Origin: Vicugna vicugna
Taxonomy: Eukaryota
Assembly: GCA_013265495.1 (NCBI GenBank)
Contig: MU057987.1
Location: 62,001-126,000, forward strand
DNA: 64,000 nt
Direction: 5' to 3'
Shown: positions 25,095-37,518 of the stretch, in pieces
Position numbering within the stretch: position 1 is the stretch's first letter
How the letters are laid out: the number at the start of each line of letters is the position of its first letter
Notes under the pieces: model-generated
What the model saw: the letters and a program-made list of their open reading frames with translations, nothing else
Database searches by the model: none
Told to the model about the DNA's origin: nothing
Position numbers and translations under genes: made by a program

Positions 25095-25590
25095 TGTTAA
25101 TATTTGAGTACTTACCATATTCTAGGCACTATGATAACTGATTTATGCACATTATCTTTTTTTCATTCTTTTGACAGTCTATGGACTAAGTTTTACTGTC
25201 CTCACTTTCAAGACAAGGAAATTGAGGATTAGGAAAATTGTTTACCCCTGATCACAAAGCTAGGAAATGCGAGACCCAGATTATTGTGACATGAAAGCAA
25301 AATGTCATAGGTTATAGTTACATGCTCATTAGGGACTGTTGTCAATGACATACATTCTTCTGTTCATGCAGTTAATATTTAATTGAGCAACTACTATATA
25401 GTAAGCAAAGTGCTTTGCATTCTATTCTATACTCATTTAACCCTTATGACAACTAGGAGAAACACTTGTCATCATCCCAACTTTACAGATAAGAAATTGG
25501 CTAAAAGAGGGTGTGACTTCCTAGGGTCTATGGATAGTAAACAGCAGAGCCTGGTTTCAGCCCAAGACCTGGGACTGAATACTTCCTAGC
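25095..25590 (-). mobile_element. Two adjacent MIR SINEs (~25095-25290 and ~25370-25590)
   Basis: Both show TTGAG(T/C)AC/ACTAC, a CA(A)GA..AGGAAATTG-type core and a CACA..GCTAG-type block. Confidence 0.7.
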
Positions 25591-26691
25591 TTATCAATAC
25601 ATCAAACCTTTTCATTAAGTCACATTTCTTCCCTTACTCAGATAGTATTAAGAGGAAAGAGAGGGAAAGTAACTTCTCTTACTTTCCTGTCAAATTGTGC
25701 CCTGGGTCATGTTTAATGATTTACCTCAACTTCCTCTTTGTGTACTTGTCTTCCCATTTTTCTTGCATGGCTCTGAAAGGCAAAGGTCATGCCTCCCGCA
25801 TCTCTGCATCCCAGTGTCTGACACATGAACAGGCACATGGCTGTTCCAAAACTCACGTTTCATGACTGAATGCATTTGGTGAATTTTCCTAGTTTAAAAA
25901 TTACCAGAAAAGGTAGGTGAATACATGTGTCTGGAATAGCTGAGTTTTTGTTTATCTGGTATCTGAAGAAGACAGACACCTAGAATATAAATTAGTAATA
26001 CAAGCTGATCATTTAAAGAGGAAAAACAAAGACTCAATGAAAGGAAATACAGACTAACGTCCAAGCTGATTTCAAGAGTGGTCCCAGGAGCCCAGAGATA
26101 AATGGGCATTTATAGGAAACATTTCTGAGGTAGTTACGCTGGCTCTCCTTTCCTCCAGGAAGATGGCACAAGGGGACAGGGTGCAGGAGGTGCATGTGGT
26201 CTGGATTTCCTGCTTGCCTTTCTCTCTGGGGCACTCATCAATTTTGTGAGCTACAAATGCAAGCTGGTGTCTCTGAAGAGAGGGTGAAAAGGTGAAGAGG
26301 ACTGAGGAATGCCTTTCACTACTCTCATGAAATACGAAAGCTCAGAAGAAGAAGGTTCTGGGGCGAAAGCAGGAAGAGAAATGGGTGTCAAATGTTGTTG
26401 CCTTAAAAATGTAACATTGAAGAAAAAGAATGTTCTAACATAGCATCTTCTTATAGATGGTAATTCCTGGCACACTAACTATAAAAAGTGTCACAGACTG
26501 AAACAAGCAAACAAGAATAAAGTGGTTACTAGTGCTGAGAAATCCAAAGGTAATCTAAGTGCAGGGAGCAGTAAAGGTTAGAGGCAAAAATTATTCTCAT
26601 GTTAGACTGTAAGCCCTTTGAGGGCAGAAACCATAACATAACAACTTTCTGTTTCAAATTGCTGGCGCATTGCCCAACACATCCAACATAA

Positions 26692-26718
26692 ACGCACACA
26701 CACGCACACACACACACA
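26692..26718. repeat. Imperfect (CA)n microsatellite
   Basis: ACGCACACACACGCACACACACACACA. Confidence 0.9.
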
Positions 26719-27357
26719 TCCAAACAGGAATCTGGAGACACGGTAGATATCTTTGAAGTACAAAACAGACTTTCCCCGAGAGAGTAGGAGCTTTCTTAAG
26801 GTGAGAGAAATAGCCTCTCCTATCAGAAAGAACCAATCAACAGCTACAAATGAAAAGGAAAGTAGTGAACTTGAGCAACGCCTAGTGAATGATGACAGCC
26901 CCAAGAGTGTGAAGTCAGTGGTGTGATGAGAAGGACCCGACACAGAGAGCCAACAACAGATGGTCCTTCTGAAGACTCGGAGCCCAGACGCAGAGAGCCG
27001 ATATTATAAGAATCGATGACCAGAGCGTGAAAAGGGGCAAGAAAAAGCAAGCATACAAAAGTATGCGGAAGAGAGAACGTACAATTGAGTTCGTAAGGGA
27101 TTAATCGAATAAACTGCAGAGTTTGCATTTTTTTTGCAACAAATAATTGAGCAAATTAAAGCAACAAATCAAAACACAGAAAATCACTATTAAGGCACTA
27201 AACACGTCAACCCTGTCTAATGAAATATTACTGACCATCAGTGAGGACACCCAAGTTTCACTGATTACCAAACTGCAGCTGACAGCAGATGGCATGGGTT
27301 CCATAAGTTTTTGGAAAATAAGTAAAGCTATAATTAATAATAATAAATTTAACCATA

Positions 27358-27478
27358 CAGGTCTTCCTCACCTACGATGCTGCTATGTCCTGAAAGACCC
27401 GTCGTAAGTTAAAAATGTGAAGTCGGAATACATTTCACACGCCTAACCTACTGAACACCATGGCGTAGCCTAGCCTAC
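27358..27478 (+). mobile_element. Tigger5/MER47-like TcMar fragment
   Basis: TA|CAGGTCTTCCTCACCTACGATG...CCCGTCGTAAGTT...CCTAACCTACTGAACACCATGGCGTAGCCTAGCCTAC. Confidence 0.75.
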
Positions 27479-27484
27479 AAACTA

Positions 27485-27650
27485 AGAATGTATAAAGTAA
27501 GTTACAAAGATACATTGTACAATGCGGGAACTATAGCCAATATTTTATAATAACTATCAACGGAGCATAACCTTAAAAAACTGTGAATCACTGTATCGCA
27601 TTACCTGTAACATATAATAATGTACATCAACTCTAATTCAATAAAATAAA
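27485..27650 (+). mobile_element. L1 3' end (L1MA/L1_Art-like)
   Basis: ATTGTACAATGCGGGAACTATAGCCAATATTTTATAATAACTAT...TGTACATCAACT...CAATAAAATAAA. Confidence 0.75.
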
Positions 27651-30285
27651 TAGGTCATAAAATTAACTGCCTCCCCAAAGTCAAGAATTCTGTTACATCA
27701 AAAGACAGAACTGAGTCATTCCAAAATGAGTTGGAAAGAATAAAATGAAGATCAGAGCGATTTTTCCTGTAGGCGTAAGAGCCTGGAGTGAGTACCAGAC
27801 TAAGAGAGGGTGGCAACACCGACCCAAAGAACAGCGAGAAGGGAGTTACCTCAGATAAAAATGCCGTGATCTGACAGAGAGAGACACAGACACAGAGAGA
27901 GACCTACAGAGACAGAGACAGGGAAACTCCTGCTTGCCTTACGTTCTTCAGACAGTTAATTTTCTCTAAACGTAACAACAAATGGAAAGAAAAAGGATTC
28001 TGTCAAAAGAATCAAAATCACCACAGGAAGCTAAACCAAAACATAGAACTCTAAAATGCCCTCTCAACTGCTGGCAAGTTTTAGATCCCCATGAAGTACA
28101 AGCTTCAACCCCATTGATACCGCTGGGACTTCTGTGCGCCCCGAGAGGAGGGACTCGCCCAGTTACGACAGCTGCACACGTAAACACTCTGAATCGTGTT
28201 GGAAATGTTCCTAGGAGCTGGATCAGCAGCGAAAGCCAGGCAAACCCCTGTGGAGTGAGTGCATCCTGACTTTGCAGAAGGCCAACTGTCAGGAAAAAAG
28301 GAGGGCCCCATTAAAAACGTTCCAGATGACGTAGGGAGCTATCTGGGGACAATGTGCGTATCAGAGGCTCGTTTAGATGCCGCCACTTCAGACTGTAAAC
28401 CTCTGACATACAAAGAGAATCAAGCAGTTTGTTCCTCTGCTCTGAATATAATCCTGAACAGTGTCAAAGAACAAAATCTCCCTTCATGGACAGAGGACAC
28501 AGCCCGGAGAGCAGCAAAAACAGTTTTCTTAAGACTTTTTACTTTGTACCAACAAAGTAAGACACAGCCGAACTATCTTCATCGCAAACACTTTGAAGCC
28601 ATTCCAGAAGTGATTTAAAAATCTATTTGTTACTGAAATCCTAACTATGATTCTTCACGCTCATGGTAGATCAAATTCCACCTAGTGTGGGGTTTTGATT
28701 TTAGTGAGGCTGACTTCTTTCCCAGCGATCTCCGGTGCAAAATCTAACAGAATCCATCCCAAGGGGTGAAGAGTCAGAGCTGGCCTTGCGTCAGGGAAGT
28801 CACACATGGCACTGCCAACCTCCCGGGTCCCTCTTGCTGAAACAGTGACCTACCTACCCTACTCTGGAGTGCTTAAAATGCCAAAATTATACCCCAATTT
28901 ATTTGGTTTATACCAAACAGATACTTTGCTCCTTAAAAGGTACACATCTCTTAAAAAGGGAATTTGTATTTTATCAATAATTTGCAACCAACATGCTAAT
29001 ATGTATTATCCTTTCCTGAAAGTCTCTCTCCCTAGATCTGACTCCGTAAATGCTGTGACAAGAGAAAGCACCAGAGCTGGAGATACTGCAGGTGGCCTAG
29101 CAGTGTGCTGGCAGGATAGTCTAATAGATATGTATATATATGTATATAACTTTTTGAATAATCAACCAGCTTTGATGAATAACAATACTGATGCATATAA
29201 AAAGTATTTCTGTCTGTCATGTAAGTGTCCCCATTTGCTAGATGGGAAGCTGTCTTCTCCATGGACTTGAACACCTGTTTCTCCCATGACCCCAGCATCT
29301 GGGAGAACAGGGCTCTGTTACTAGAGGGTAGAAGTGGAACAGATACAGAGCAGGGAACACAAGGGACATAGCTGCCCACGAGCCTGTTGGACGCGGGTGT
29401 GTTGCTGCGATCTGGAACCTCTCTAATCATGCTTCAGAAATGCACATAGTTTTAGTCCTGCCTTTGTGGCGGGGTTACTACATTGGACATTTGCATGTAC
29501 TAGACACAAGATAACTAGCAAAGTGCATTCTTATTTCATGGTCTAGAAGAGCACTGAAACATCTTTTGAGATTTATGTTGACAGTAATTCACCCCAGAAA
29601 AAGCTGCTACCTTTAAAGGATCAAGAGCAGTCAACAACTGGTTACTAAACCAGCTGAGGACGGATTACTCACGATCGAGCAGAGAACAAGATTTCAACCT
29701 TAGTTATTGAAAAATACGTGCTTTATGGTAGTAATTGAGCTTGAGTAGAAGACACCCTCCAAATTCATTTCAAACGATCTTTGGAAACACATTATTCACA
29801 TGAACCAGCGTAAATGTCCATATTTTCATGCTGAATCTGCGACAGTTTTAGACTCTCCTCAATTCGAGGAAAAACAGCTTCTTTACAGAGACTAGTGCAA
29901 AATTGCAGCCCAAGATATCCTCTGTTACTTGTTCTCCAGTCTAGTATGTTCTACCCTCTTGAGGTTATTAACAGATTACAGTTATATAAAAAGATTTCTG
30001 AGGCATCGAGGACTCTGAAAGAATAAGGACTCTGAAAGCTACCTCTGCCTACTGGCACAGATACTTGAGAACCCTAGCTGTCAAGCTCAGCAGGGAGCCA
30101 TAAAAGCAGGGAAAAAATGGCTGTTAAGTGCTCTTCTCTAAACCCAGGGAGCTCCTGGACCAAGGGGACCCTAAGCAATTATGTTTTAGACCCTGGATAG
30201 AAAGGCCTTTGTAGAGAAAGTGAGTAGGCACTGTATTAAGTATGCATGTCATGATTGATGTGAAAGTGATCATGGAGTACTGAAA

Positions 30286-30302
30286 ACACACACACACACA
30301 CA
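30286..30302. repeat. (CA)n microsatellite
   Basis: About 8 perfect units. Confidence 0.9.
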
Positions 30303-30309
30303 AGACAGT

Positions 30310-31945
30310 AAGATGTCAACAACCTAAACAATCCTGTAACCATTAAGGAAATTCAATTTTAAATTAAAAAGCTTCTGCAAAAGGAATTTCTAGGCTCTCA
30401 TGACTTCACTTGATAATTGTAACAAACATTGAAAGAAGAATTAACAGCAATTTTACGTTATCTTTTCCAGTGAGAGAAAAGGAAGACGTCCCAACACACT
30501 TTACTGTTATTCTGATCCTAAATCCAGACAAAGATAGGTGTTTTTTTTTTGAAAAGGAAAGGAAAGAAAAGAAAAGAAAAGAAAAAGGAAAAAAAAAACC
30601 TACAGAGGAGTCTCTCTCATGAATTTAGGTGCAAAAATTCTCAGTTAAATATTAGCAAATCAAATCCAGTAATGTATAAAAAAATTACAGCCAAAGACCT
30701 AGTGGGATTTATTCCAGGTATGCAAGCTAACCCAACATTCAAAAATCAATTACTGTAATCTACCGTATCAACAAGCTAAAGAAAAAAAAATCATATAATC
30801 ATATCAATTGATGCGGAAAATACTGCTGACAAAATTCAAAACCCATTCATGATAAAAGCTCTCATACACTGGCTGACATTTCTAGCAGGAATGTACAGAG
30901 ATATAGTCACTCTGGAAAAAAAAATTGGCAGTTTTTTTTTACAAAGCTAAACATGTGCTTAAAATGTTTACCAAAGTCTGGCAATTGTACTTTTGGGCAT
31001 TCAGCCCAGAGAAACTGAAACTTTTATTCACACAAAAACATTCTTGAAAGTTCATAGCAGCTTTTTTTTTTTTTTTTAATAATAGCCTTAAACTGGAAAC
31101 AACCCAAATGTCCTTCAAGGGTGAGTAGTTAAACTGTAGTATATCCACACCTTGGAGGTACTATGTATTCAGTTCCAGACCACCTCAATAATGTGAGTCA
31201 CGTGATTATTTTGGTTTTCTGGTGCATTTAAAGTTATGTTTACCCTACACTGTGGTCTATCAAGTATACAACAGCATTATGGCTAAAAAAAAACTACATA
31301 CCTTAACTAAAAATACAAAACAAAGCCCCCAATTACAATAGCAATATCAAAGATCACTGATCGCAGATCACCATAACAAATATAATAATAATAAAAAAGT
31401 TTGAAATATTGTGAGAATTACGAACATGTGACTCAGAGACATGAAGTGAGGAAATCCCGTTGGAAAAACATGGTGCCAACGGACTTGCTCAAAAAAGGGT
31501 TGCTATAAACCTTCAATTTGTAAAAAACAAAATAAAGTGAAGCACAATAAAACAAGGTATCTTGTACTCAGCCATAAAAAGACACAAGCTATCAAAACAC
31601 GCTATTTGGATGGATCTAAAGGAAATTAGAACGAGTTGGGTGTAAAAAGCCAATCTTAAATGGTTACATACTGTGTGATTCCATTATGCAGTATTCTTGA
31701 ATCGACAAAAGGTAGAGACAAACCACAGATTGGGAGTTGCCAAGGGTTTGTAAGTGGGTAGGGTGAGAGTGGACTGTGGCTCTTAAGGGTGGGATGAGGG
31801 GGTCCTTCTGATGGATTTGTTCTGGACCTTGGCTGCGGTGGTGGGCACATGAACCCAGACATGGGACAGAATTACACGGAACTACATACATACACATATA
31901 AGTGCATGAAAAGCTGGTGAAATTTGAATAAAGTCAGCAGATTGT
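30310..31945 (+). mobile_element. Old L1M ORF2 and 3' UTR fragments
   Basis: GTGGGATTTATTCCAGGTATGCAAG, ATCAATTGATGCGGAAAA, AACTGGAAACAACCCAAATGTCCTTCAA, TACATACTGTGTGATTCCATT. Confidence 0.85.
31145..31564 (-). mobile_element. Internally deleted Tigger1 derivative nested in L1
   Basis: Both Tigger1 ends present (CAGTTCCAGACCAC...AAAGTTATGTTTAC; AAGCACAATAAAACAAGGTATCTTG|TA); L1 sequence resumes after it. Confidence 0.8.
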
Positions 31946-32339
31946 AAGATAGATAGACAGATAGATACTGAGTTTCAGACAAGACTGTTTCAAGACATTA
32001 CTTTTGTCAGTATAGCTGTTACGACATTGTCCACAGAGCAGCATCGATTGACAGAGGGCACAAGAGACCCAGCCAGCTGACTCATTTACTGCAAAACTTG
32101 CATCTTCAATCATAACTGGCTTTGCTATTTGAGACTCTCAAGTCTATCCTGAAGGTGTTTCCATTCCTAGCAAATTGAAACTTAGAGCAGGAATACAAGT
32201 GGAAAGGTGGGTTAGTACTAAGAATAACCTTCAAACGAGGAACCACAAGCACAGCGGGTCCTCAGTCGTGACAACTCAGATATTTTTTTTCCTCCACCTT
32301 TTGCATTTCTTCTTTTCTCTGCTTCCTCTCCTTTCTTCA

Positions 32340-32495
32340 GTGCGTTCACTCATTCAACAAATGTTAGCATGCACCTCCTGTGTACCAGGCGTTGTTTAGA
32401 TGCTAGGGATCCAGGCATATAACCGTGAAGTACGTGTGCTCACTGAGCTAACAACACTCTAGTAGGGAAAGAGAGATGGTAAATAAACAATCAGA
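32340..32495 (-). mobile_element. L2 3' end
   Basis: TTCACTCATTCAACAAATG...GCACCTCCTGTGTACCAGGC...TGCTAGGGAT. Confidence 0.65.
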
Positions 32496-32675
32496 AAAAG
32501 AAATTCTTTCAAGCTCCTAGCCTAGACAGCACTCTTTAAGGTACTGAATTGCACAGATCTCCCCATTATACTAAATGATCTGTGTTCTCTTAGAAACTCA
32601 CTTATTTGGGGGAAAATACCATTTCAAAATAAAGACACAACACCCAGTGTATAACCTGAGATTTACAGGGGGTCA

Positions 32676-33168
32676 TGTACAGGGAGACAATTCTCCACAG
32701 GTCTCTTGTTCGGGCAGGTCTTACAGGTAAGGCACCGACCCCTTATGTTCGAGGTTATATTTTCTGGTCTGTTTTTACAGTGAACAAACTTGGGACAAAC
32801 TGTCTCCCTCTGGAGGGGTGGGTAGGTTTGTTTTCTGTACAGGATAAGAGATACTGTCGTCCTTAAGACAAAGGTCAAGCAGATTAGCTTGCTGTCCATT
32901 ATAAAAGATTCAGGTTCCTTAAGCTTGGAGTTTCTCTTCTGTCACACAGCCCACGGCATGAGTAAGCGTCCTCTGGCCCTCACCATGTCTCTCTGGGAGA
33001 TCTGGGGCTCAGAGAATTGTTGTCAAAAAAAACATAGAGAGATGTCACTTTGGCTAGTACTACTGCTGTGAGTAATAAGCTGTTTATTGTCTCTGACCCG
33101 GGAGTCCTATGTCTTCTGTTAGTATCCAAAAAACTGTTAGAGGCGAACACGCTAATTTGCAATTAACA
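32676..33168 (+). mobile_element. ERVL solo LTR, LTR40-like
   Basis: Starts TGTACAGGGAGACAATTCTCCA; CCATTATAAAAGATTCAGGTTCC TATA block; GCTGTGAGTAATAA...TCTCTGACCCGGGAGTC. Confidence 0.8.
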
Positions 33169-33279
33169 AGTTTTGAGTTAACCTGTTTACCGGAGTAACA
33201 GTTTCAGACTCGTTGTTCTGTTAATAGTAATTCCAAAATTTCACCTATATAAGCAGGACCTGAGTCACATTTTGCTTAC

Positions 33280-33760
33280 TTATTCATTAGCAGATGCAGA
33301 ATTGGGTCCTTTCCACTTTTGACTATTGAAAATACTGCTGCTATGAACATTCATGTACAAGTATCTGTGGGGATGTTTGTCTTCACTCCCCTTCATTACA
33401 TGCTTAGGATTTGAATTGCTGGGTCACGTGAGAGCTCTATTCTTAACATTTTGAGAAACTGCAAAACTATTTCTAAACTGTTTCAGTTTCTCCATATCCT
33501 TGTCAGCACTTGTTTCTGCCTTTTTGACTACAAGCCATCCAAGTGGATGTGAAGCGGTATCTCATTGTGATTTTTATTGGCACTTCCCTAAAGACTAATG
33601 CATTAGTAACGTTTATGTATCTTTTGTATATATTCTTTTGGGGAATGTCTATCCAGATCTTTTGCCCATTTTTAATTGGGTTATTTATCTTTTTACTATT
33701 GAGTTATAAGAGTTCTTTTTATAGTCTGGAAACAAGTCTCTCACCAAGGATATGATTTGC
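33280..33760 (-). mobile_element. Old L1M ORF2 C-terminal fragment
   Basis: GCTGCTATGAACATTCATGTACAAGT, AATTGCTGGGTCA, TATCTCATTGTG, TTTTGCCCATTTTTAATTGGGTT. Confidence 0.85.
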
Positions 33761-34960
33761 CGTTAGTTAGGATTTTAGTCCTTGGCAAACATAATCTGGA
33801 TCTTTTATAAATGTGGAAATTGAGGACTAGAGAAATCAAGAGATTTGGGGGCAGAAACAGAGCTAGGTTAAGATTCCCCTACTACCCGATGTGGAATGAT
33901 GCTGCCATTTGAAAAAGCAAAAACAAAAGAAATGAAAACGTATATCTTCCAACATTCTTATTTCTTTATTTCAGCTCAGCAGTAACCTAAATTCTCTCCT
34001 GGTCCATGAAGTGACAGAAGTGTGTAACTCCACTGACTCCTACATTAAGAATCACAAAAGAGCTCCTTTGTGAACTTCATTTAACCTTCCTGACCAAGGA
34101 GGTTTTTCTTCCTGCTTAAACAGTATCTAACAGGGCATTTTCCAAGTTTTTTTTTTTTAATTTTCAAATTCTATGCAGCAAGAGATCCATTCTGATACAT
34201 ATAAACCCCTGAAAAGGAAAACATGTAAAATGAAATGTGACTAATGAAGATTGTATTCAGTGTGTAGGACGACACAGTGTTAAAAACCACAGAAATGGTG
34301 TTAGCTTTATTTCTAGGTGTTAAGAAATACTGTGTCATTAAAGCATGTGTGACAGTCTAGTTTGAAAAATATAACAAATTAAAGTAGGACTTCTCAAGAG
34401 GGATTTCTTTCTGAAAAGGTCAGCTATAAAAAAGGGAGAGAAAAAGATTTCTTACTCCCAAGATCACCAAAATAACATCATTTACTTGTCTCGACGCCCA
34501 TGTGCGAAGTTTTATGGTGTTCACCACTAAATGTAACAAATGTAGTCAGCAGACAATACGCTTAGAAAAGAATCAGCAACAGTGATAACGTTAGGTAATG
34601 ATAACACAGAAAATTGATTTTTTTTTGCCCTTTTCCAAATACATCTTTTACTTTGTTTTTAGGTCAGTCACTTCAGAATAGAAGGTAAAATGGCTTTTTT
34701 AAAAAGTGTACTTTATTGAGTATGTGTAACAGAGGTATTTAAAATACATTTTTTTCCAGAAGATGAATGGTCTACTATTCTTATGAAATTTGCAGGAACG
34801 TCTTTGATGAGTGTTTCTCATTCCATATACCTAACTGCCCTCCTCTATATCTACTTTTAAGAATAGAATATAATGAAATCTATTTTTTTAATTTAAAAAT
34901 GTCCTTTATTTTTGCAGACTACTCTTGTAAATTACTTGGGCATCAGTTGAGAAAATAGCT

Positions 34961-37518
34961 TGGAACACATTCTTTTTTTTTTTTAACATTTTTATTGATT
35001 CATAATCATTTTACAGTGTTGTGTCAAATTCCAGTGTTCAGTACAATTTTTCAGTCATACATGGACATATACACACTCATTGTCACATTTTTTTCTCTGT
35101 GATTTATCATAACATTTTGTGTATATTTCCCTGTGCTATACAGTGTAATCTTGTTTATCTGTTCTACAATTTTGAAATCCCAGTCTAGGCCAATATCACT
35201 GATGAACATAGACGCCAAAATCCTCACCAAAATTTTAGCAAATAGAATCCAACAACACATAAAAAAGATTATACATCATGACCAAGTGGGGTTCATCCCA
35301 GGGACACAAGGCTGGTTCAACATACGCAAATCAATCAATGTAATACATCACATCAACAAGAGAAAGGACAAAAACCACATGATCATCTCAATCGATGCAG
35401 AAAAAGCATTTGATAAAATTCAACACCCATTTATGATAAAAACTCTCGCCAAAGTGGGTATAGAGGGAACATATCTCAACATAATAAAAGCTATATATGA
35501 CAAACCTATAGCCAGCATAGTTCTCAACGGTGAAAAACTCAAAAGCTTCCCACTAAAATCTGGGACAAGACAAGGATGCCCACTATCACCACTCCTATTC
35601 AATATAGTCCTGGAAGTCCTAGCCACAGCAATCAGGCAAGAGAAAGAAATAAAAGGGATCCAAATTGGAAAAGAAGAGGTAAAAGTGTCATTATATGCTG
35701 ACGACATGTTACTATATATAGAAAACCCTAAAAGGTCCACAAAAAAGCTACTAGAGCTGATCGAAGAATTCAGCAAGGTAGCAGGTTACAAAATTAATGT
35801 TCAAAAATCAGTTGCCTTTCTTTACACTAACGATAAATCAACAGAAAAAGAAAGTAAAGAAACAATCCCCTTTAAAATAGCACCCAAAGTAATAAAATAT
35901 CTGGGAATAAATCTAACCAAGGAGGCGAAAGAATTATACACAGAAAACTATAAACCATTGATGAAGGAAATTAAAGAAGACTTTAAAAAATGGAAAGATA
36001 TTCCATGCTCTTGGATTGGAAGAATCAATATTGTTAAAATGGTCACACTGCCCAAGGCAATCTACAGATTTAATGCAATCCCTATCCAATTACCCAGGAC
36101 ATATTTCACAGAACTAGAACAAATCATAATAAAATTTATATGGAACCATCAAAGACCTAGAATTGCTAAAGCATTACTGAAGAGAAAGAAAGAGGCTGGA
36201 GGAATAACTCTCCCAGACTTCAGACAATACTATAGAGCTACAGTCATCAAGACAGCATGGTATTGGTACCAAAACAGACATATAGACCAATGGAACAGAA
36301 TAGAGAGCCCAGAAATGAACCCACAAACTTTTGGTCAACTCATCTTCGACAAAGGAGGCAAGAATATACAATGGAATAAAGACAGTCTCTTCAGCAAATG
36401 GTGTTGGGAAAACTGGACAGCAGCATGTAAAACAATGAAGCTAGAACACACCCTTACACCATATACAAAAATCAACTCAAAATGGATTAAAGACTTAAAC
36501 ATAAGACAAGATACAATAAACCTCCTAGAGGAAAACATAGGCAAAACATTATCTGACATACATTTCAAAAATTTTCTCCTAGAAGAAATAAAAGCAAGAA
36601 TAAACAAATGGGACCTAATGAAACTTACAAGCTTCTGCAGAGCAAAGGAAACCAGAAATAAAACAAGAAGAAAACCTACGGAATGGGAGAAAATTTTTGC
36701 AAGTGAAACCGACAAAGGCTTGATCTCCAAAATATATAAGCAGCTCATACGACTCAATAAGAAAAAAATAAACAACCCAATCCAAAAATGGGCAGAAGAC
36801 CTAAACAAGCAATTCTCCAAGGAAGACATACAAATGATCAAAAAGCACATGAAAAAATGTTCAATATCACTAATTATCAGAGAAATGCAAATCAAAACTA
36901 CAATGAGGTATCACCTCACACCAGTCAGAATGGCCGTCATTCAAAAATCCAAAAATGACAAATGCTGGAGAGGCTGTGGAGAAAGGGGAACCCTCCTACA
37001 CTGCTGGTGGGAATGCAGTTTGGTGCAGCCACTATGGAAAACAGTGTGGAGATTCCTCAAAAGACTAGGAATAGACTTACCATATGACCCAGGAATCCCA
37101 CTCCTGGGCTTGTACCCAGAAGGAAATCTACTTCAGGATGACACCTGCACCCCAATGTTCATAGCAGCACTATTTACAATAGCCAAAACATGGAAACAAC
37201 CTAAATGTCCATCAACAGGTGACTGGATAAAGAAGATGTGGTATATTTATACAATGGAATACTACTCAGCCATAAAAACCGACAACATAATGCCATTTGC
37301 AGCAACATGGATGCTCCTAGAGAATGTCATTCTAAGTGAAGTAAGCCAGAAAGAGAAAGAAAAATACCATATGAGATCGCTCATATGTGGAATCTAAAAA
37401 ACAAAAACAAACAAACAAACAAAAACAAAGCATAAATACAGGACAGAAATGGACTCATGGACAGAGAATACAGACTTGTGGTTACTGGGGAGGGTGGGAT
37501 AGACTGGAACACATTCTT
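34961..37518 (-). mobile_element. Young camelid-type L1, 5'-truncated and 5'-inverted (twin priming), 14-bp TSD
   Basis: TSD TGGAACACATTCTT at 34961-34974 and 37505-37518; polyT plus antisense 3' UTR 34975-35187; sense ORF2 and proximal 3' UTR 35188-37507. Confidence 0.95.
35202..37397 (+). CDS. L1 ORF2p C-terminal half: reverse transcriptase plus Cys-rich domain, uninterrupted, endonuclease domain absent (no evidence of expression)
   Basis: Motifs [34 protein letters not shown] (35694-35705), YLGINL, CWRGC...HCWWEC; 731 aa from the first ATG, no stops. Confidence 0.9.
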   Translation: MNIDAKILTKILANRIQQHIKKIIHHDQVGFIPGTQGWFNIRKSINVIHHINKRKDKNHMIISIDAEKAFDKIQHPFMIKTLAKVGIEGTYLNIIKAIYDKPIASIVLNGEKLKSFPLKSGTRQGCPLSPLLFNIVLEVLATAIRQEKEIKGIQIGKEEVKVSLYADDMLLYIENPKRSTKKLLELIEEFSKVAGYKINVQKSVAFLYTNDKSTEKESKETIPFKIAPKVIKYLGINLTKEAKELYTENYKPLMKEIKEDFKKWKDIPCSWIGRINIVKMVTLPKAIYRFNAIPIQLPRTYFTELEQIIIKFIWNHQRPRIAKALLKRKKEAGGITLPDFRQYYRATVIKTAWYWYQNRHIDQWNRIESPEMNPQTFGQLIFDKGGKNIQWNKDSLFSKWCWENWTAACKTMKLEHTLTPYTKINSKWIKDLNIRQDTINLLEENIGKTLSDIHFKNFLLEEIKARINKWDLMKLTSFCRAKETRNKTRRKPTEWEKIFASETDKGLISKIYKQLIRLNKKKINNPIQKWAEDLNKQFSKEDIQMIKKHMKKCSISLIIREMQIKTTMRYHLTPVRMAVIQKSKNDKCWRGCGERGTLLHCWWECSLVQPLWKTVWRFLKRLGIDLPYDPGIPLLGLYPEGNLLQDDTCTPMFIAALFTIAKTWKQPKCPSTGDWIKKMWYIYTMEYYSAIKTDNIMPFAATWMLLENVILSEVSQKEKEKYHMRSLICGI

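Noticed and set aside
26745..26926. Protein-like frame (EIASPIRKNQSTATNEKESSELEQRLVNDDSPKSVKSVV)
   Set aside because: No acceptor site or start codon, no recognised homolog; purine-rich DNA gives such peptides by chance.
28806..29270. 154-aa ORF
   Set aside because: No recognisable homology, crosses a TA-rich simple repeat, no supporting splice structure.
30009..30038. AGGACTCTGAAAG direct repeat with a 4-bp spacer
   Set aside because: Small local duplication; no inserted element between the copies.
35133..35201. N-terminal extension of the 754-aa ORF as a novel domain
   Set aside because: Non-ATG start; the first ~18 codons are simply antisense L1 3' UTR joined at the inversion.
35420..36895. 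Antisense ORFs of 118, 65 and 186 aa
   Set aside because: Shadow frames opposite L1 ORF2, a common by-product of its codon bias.
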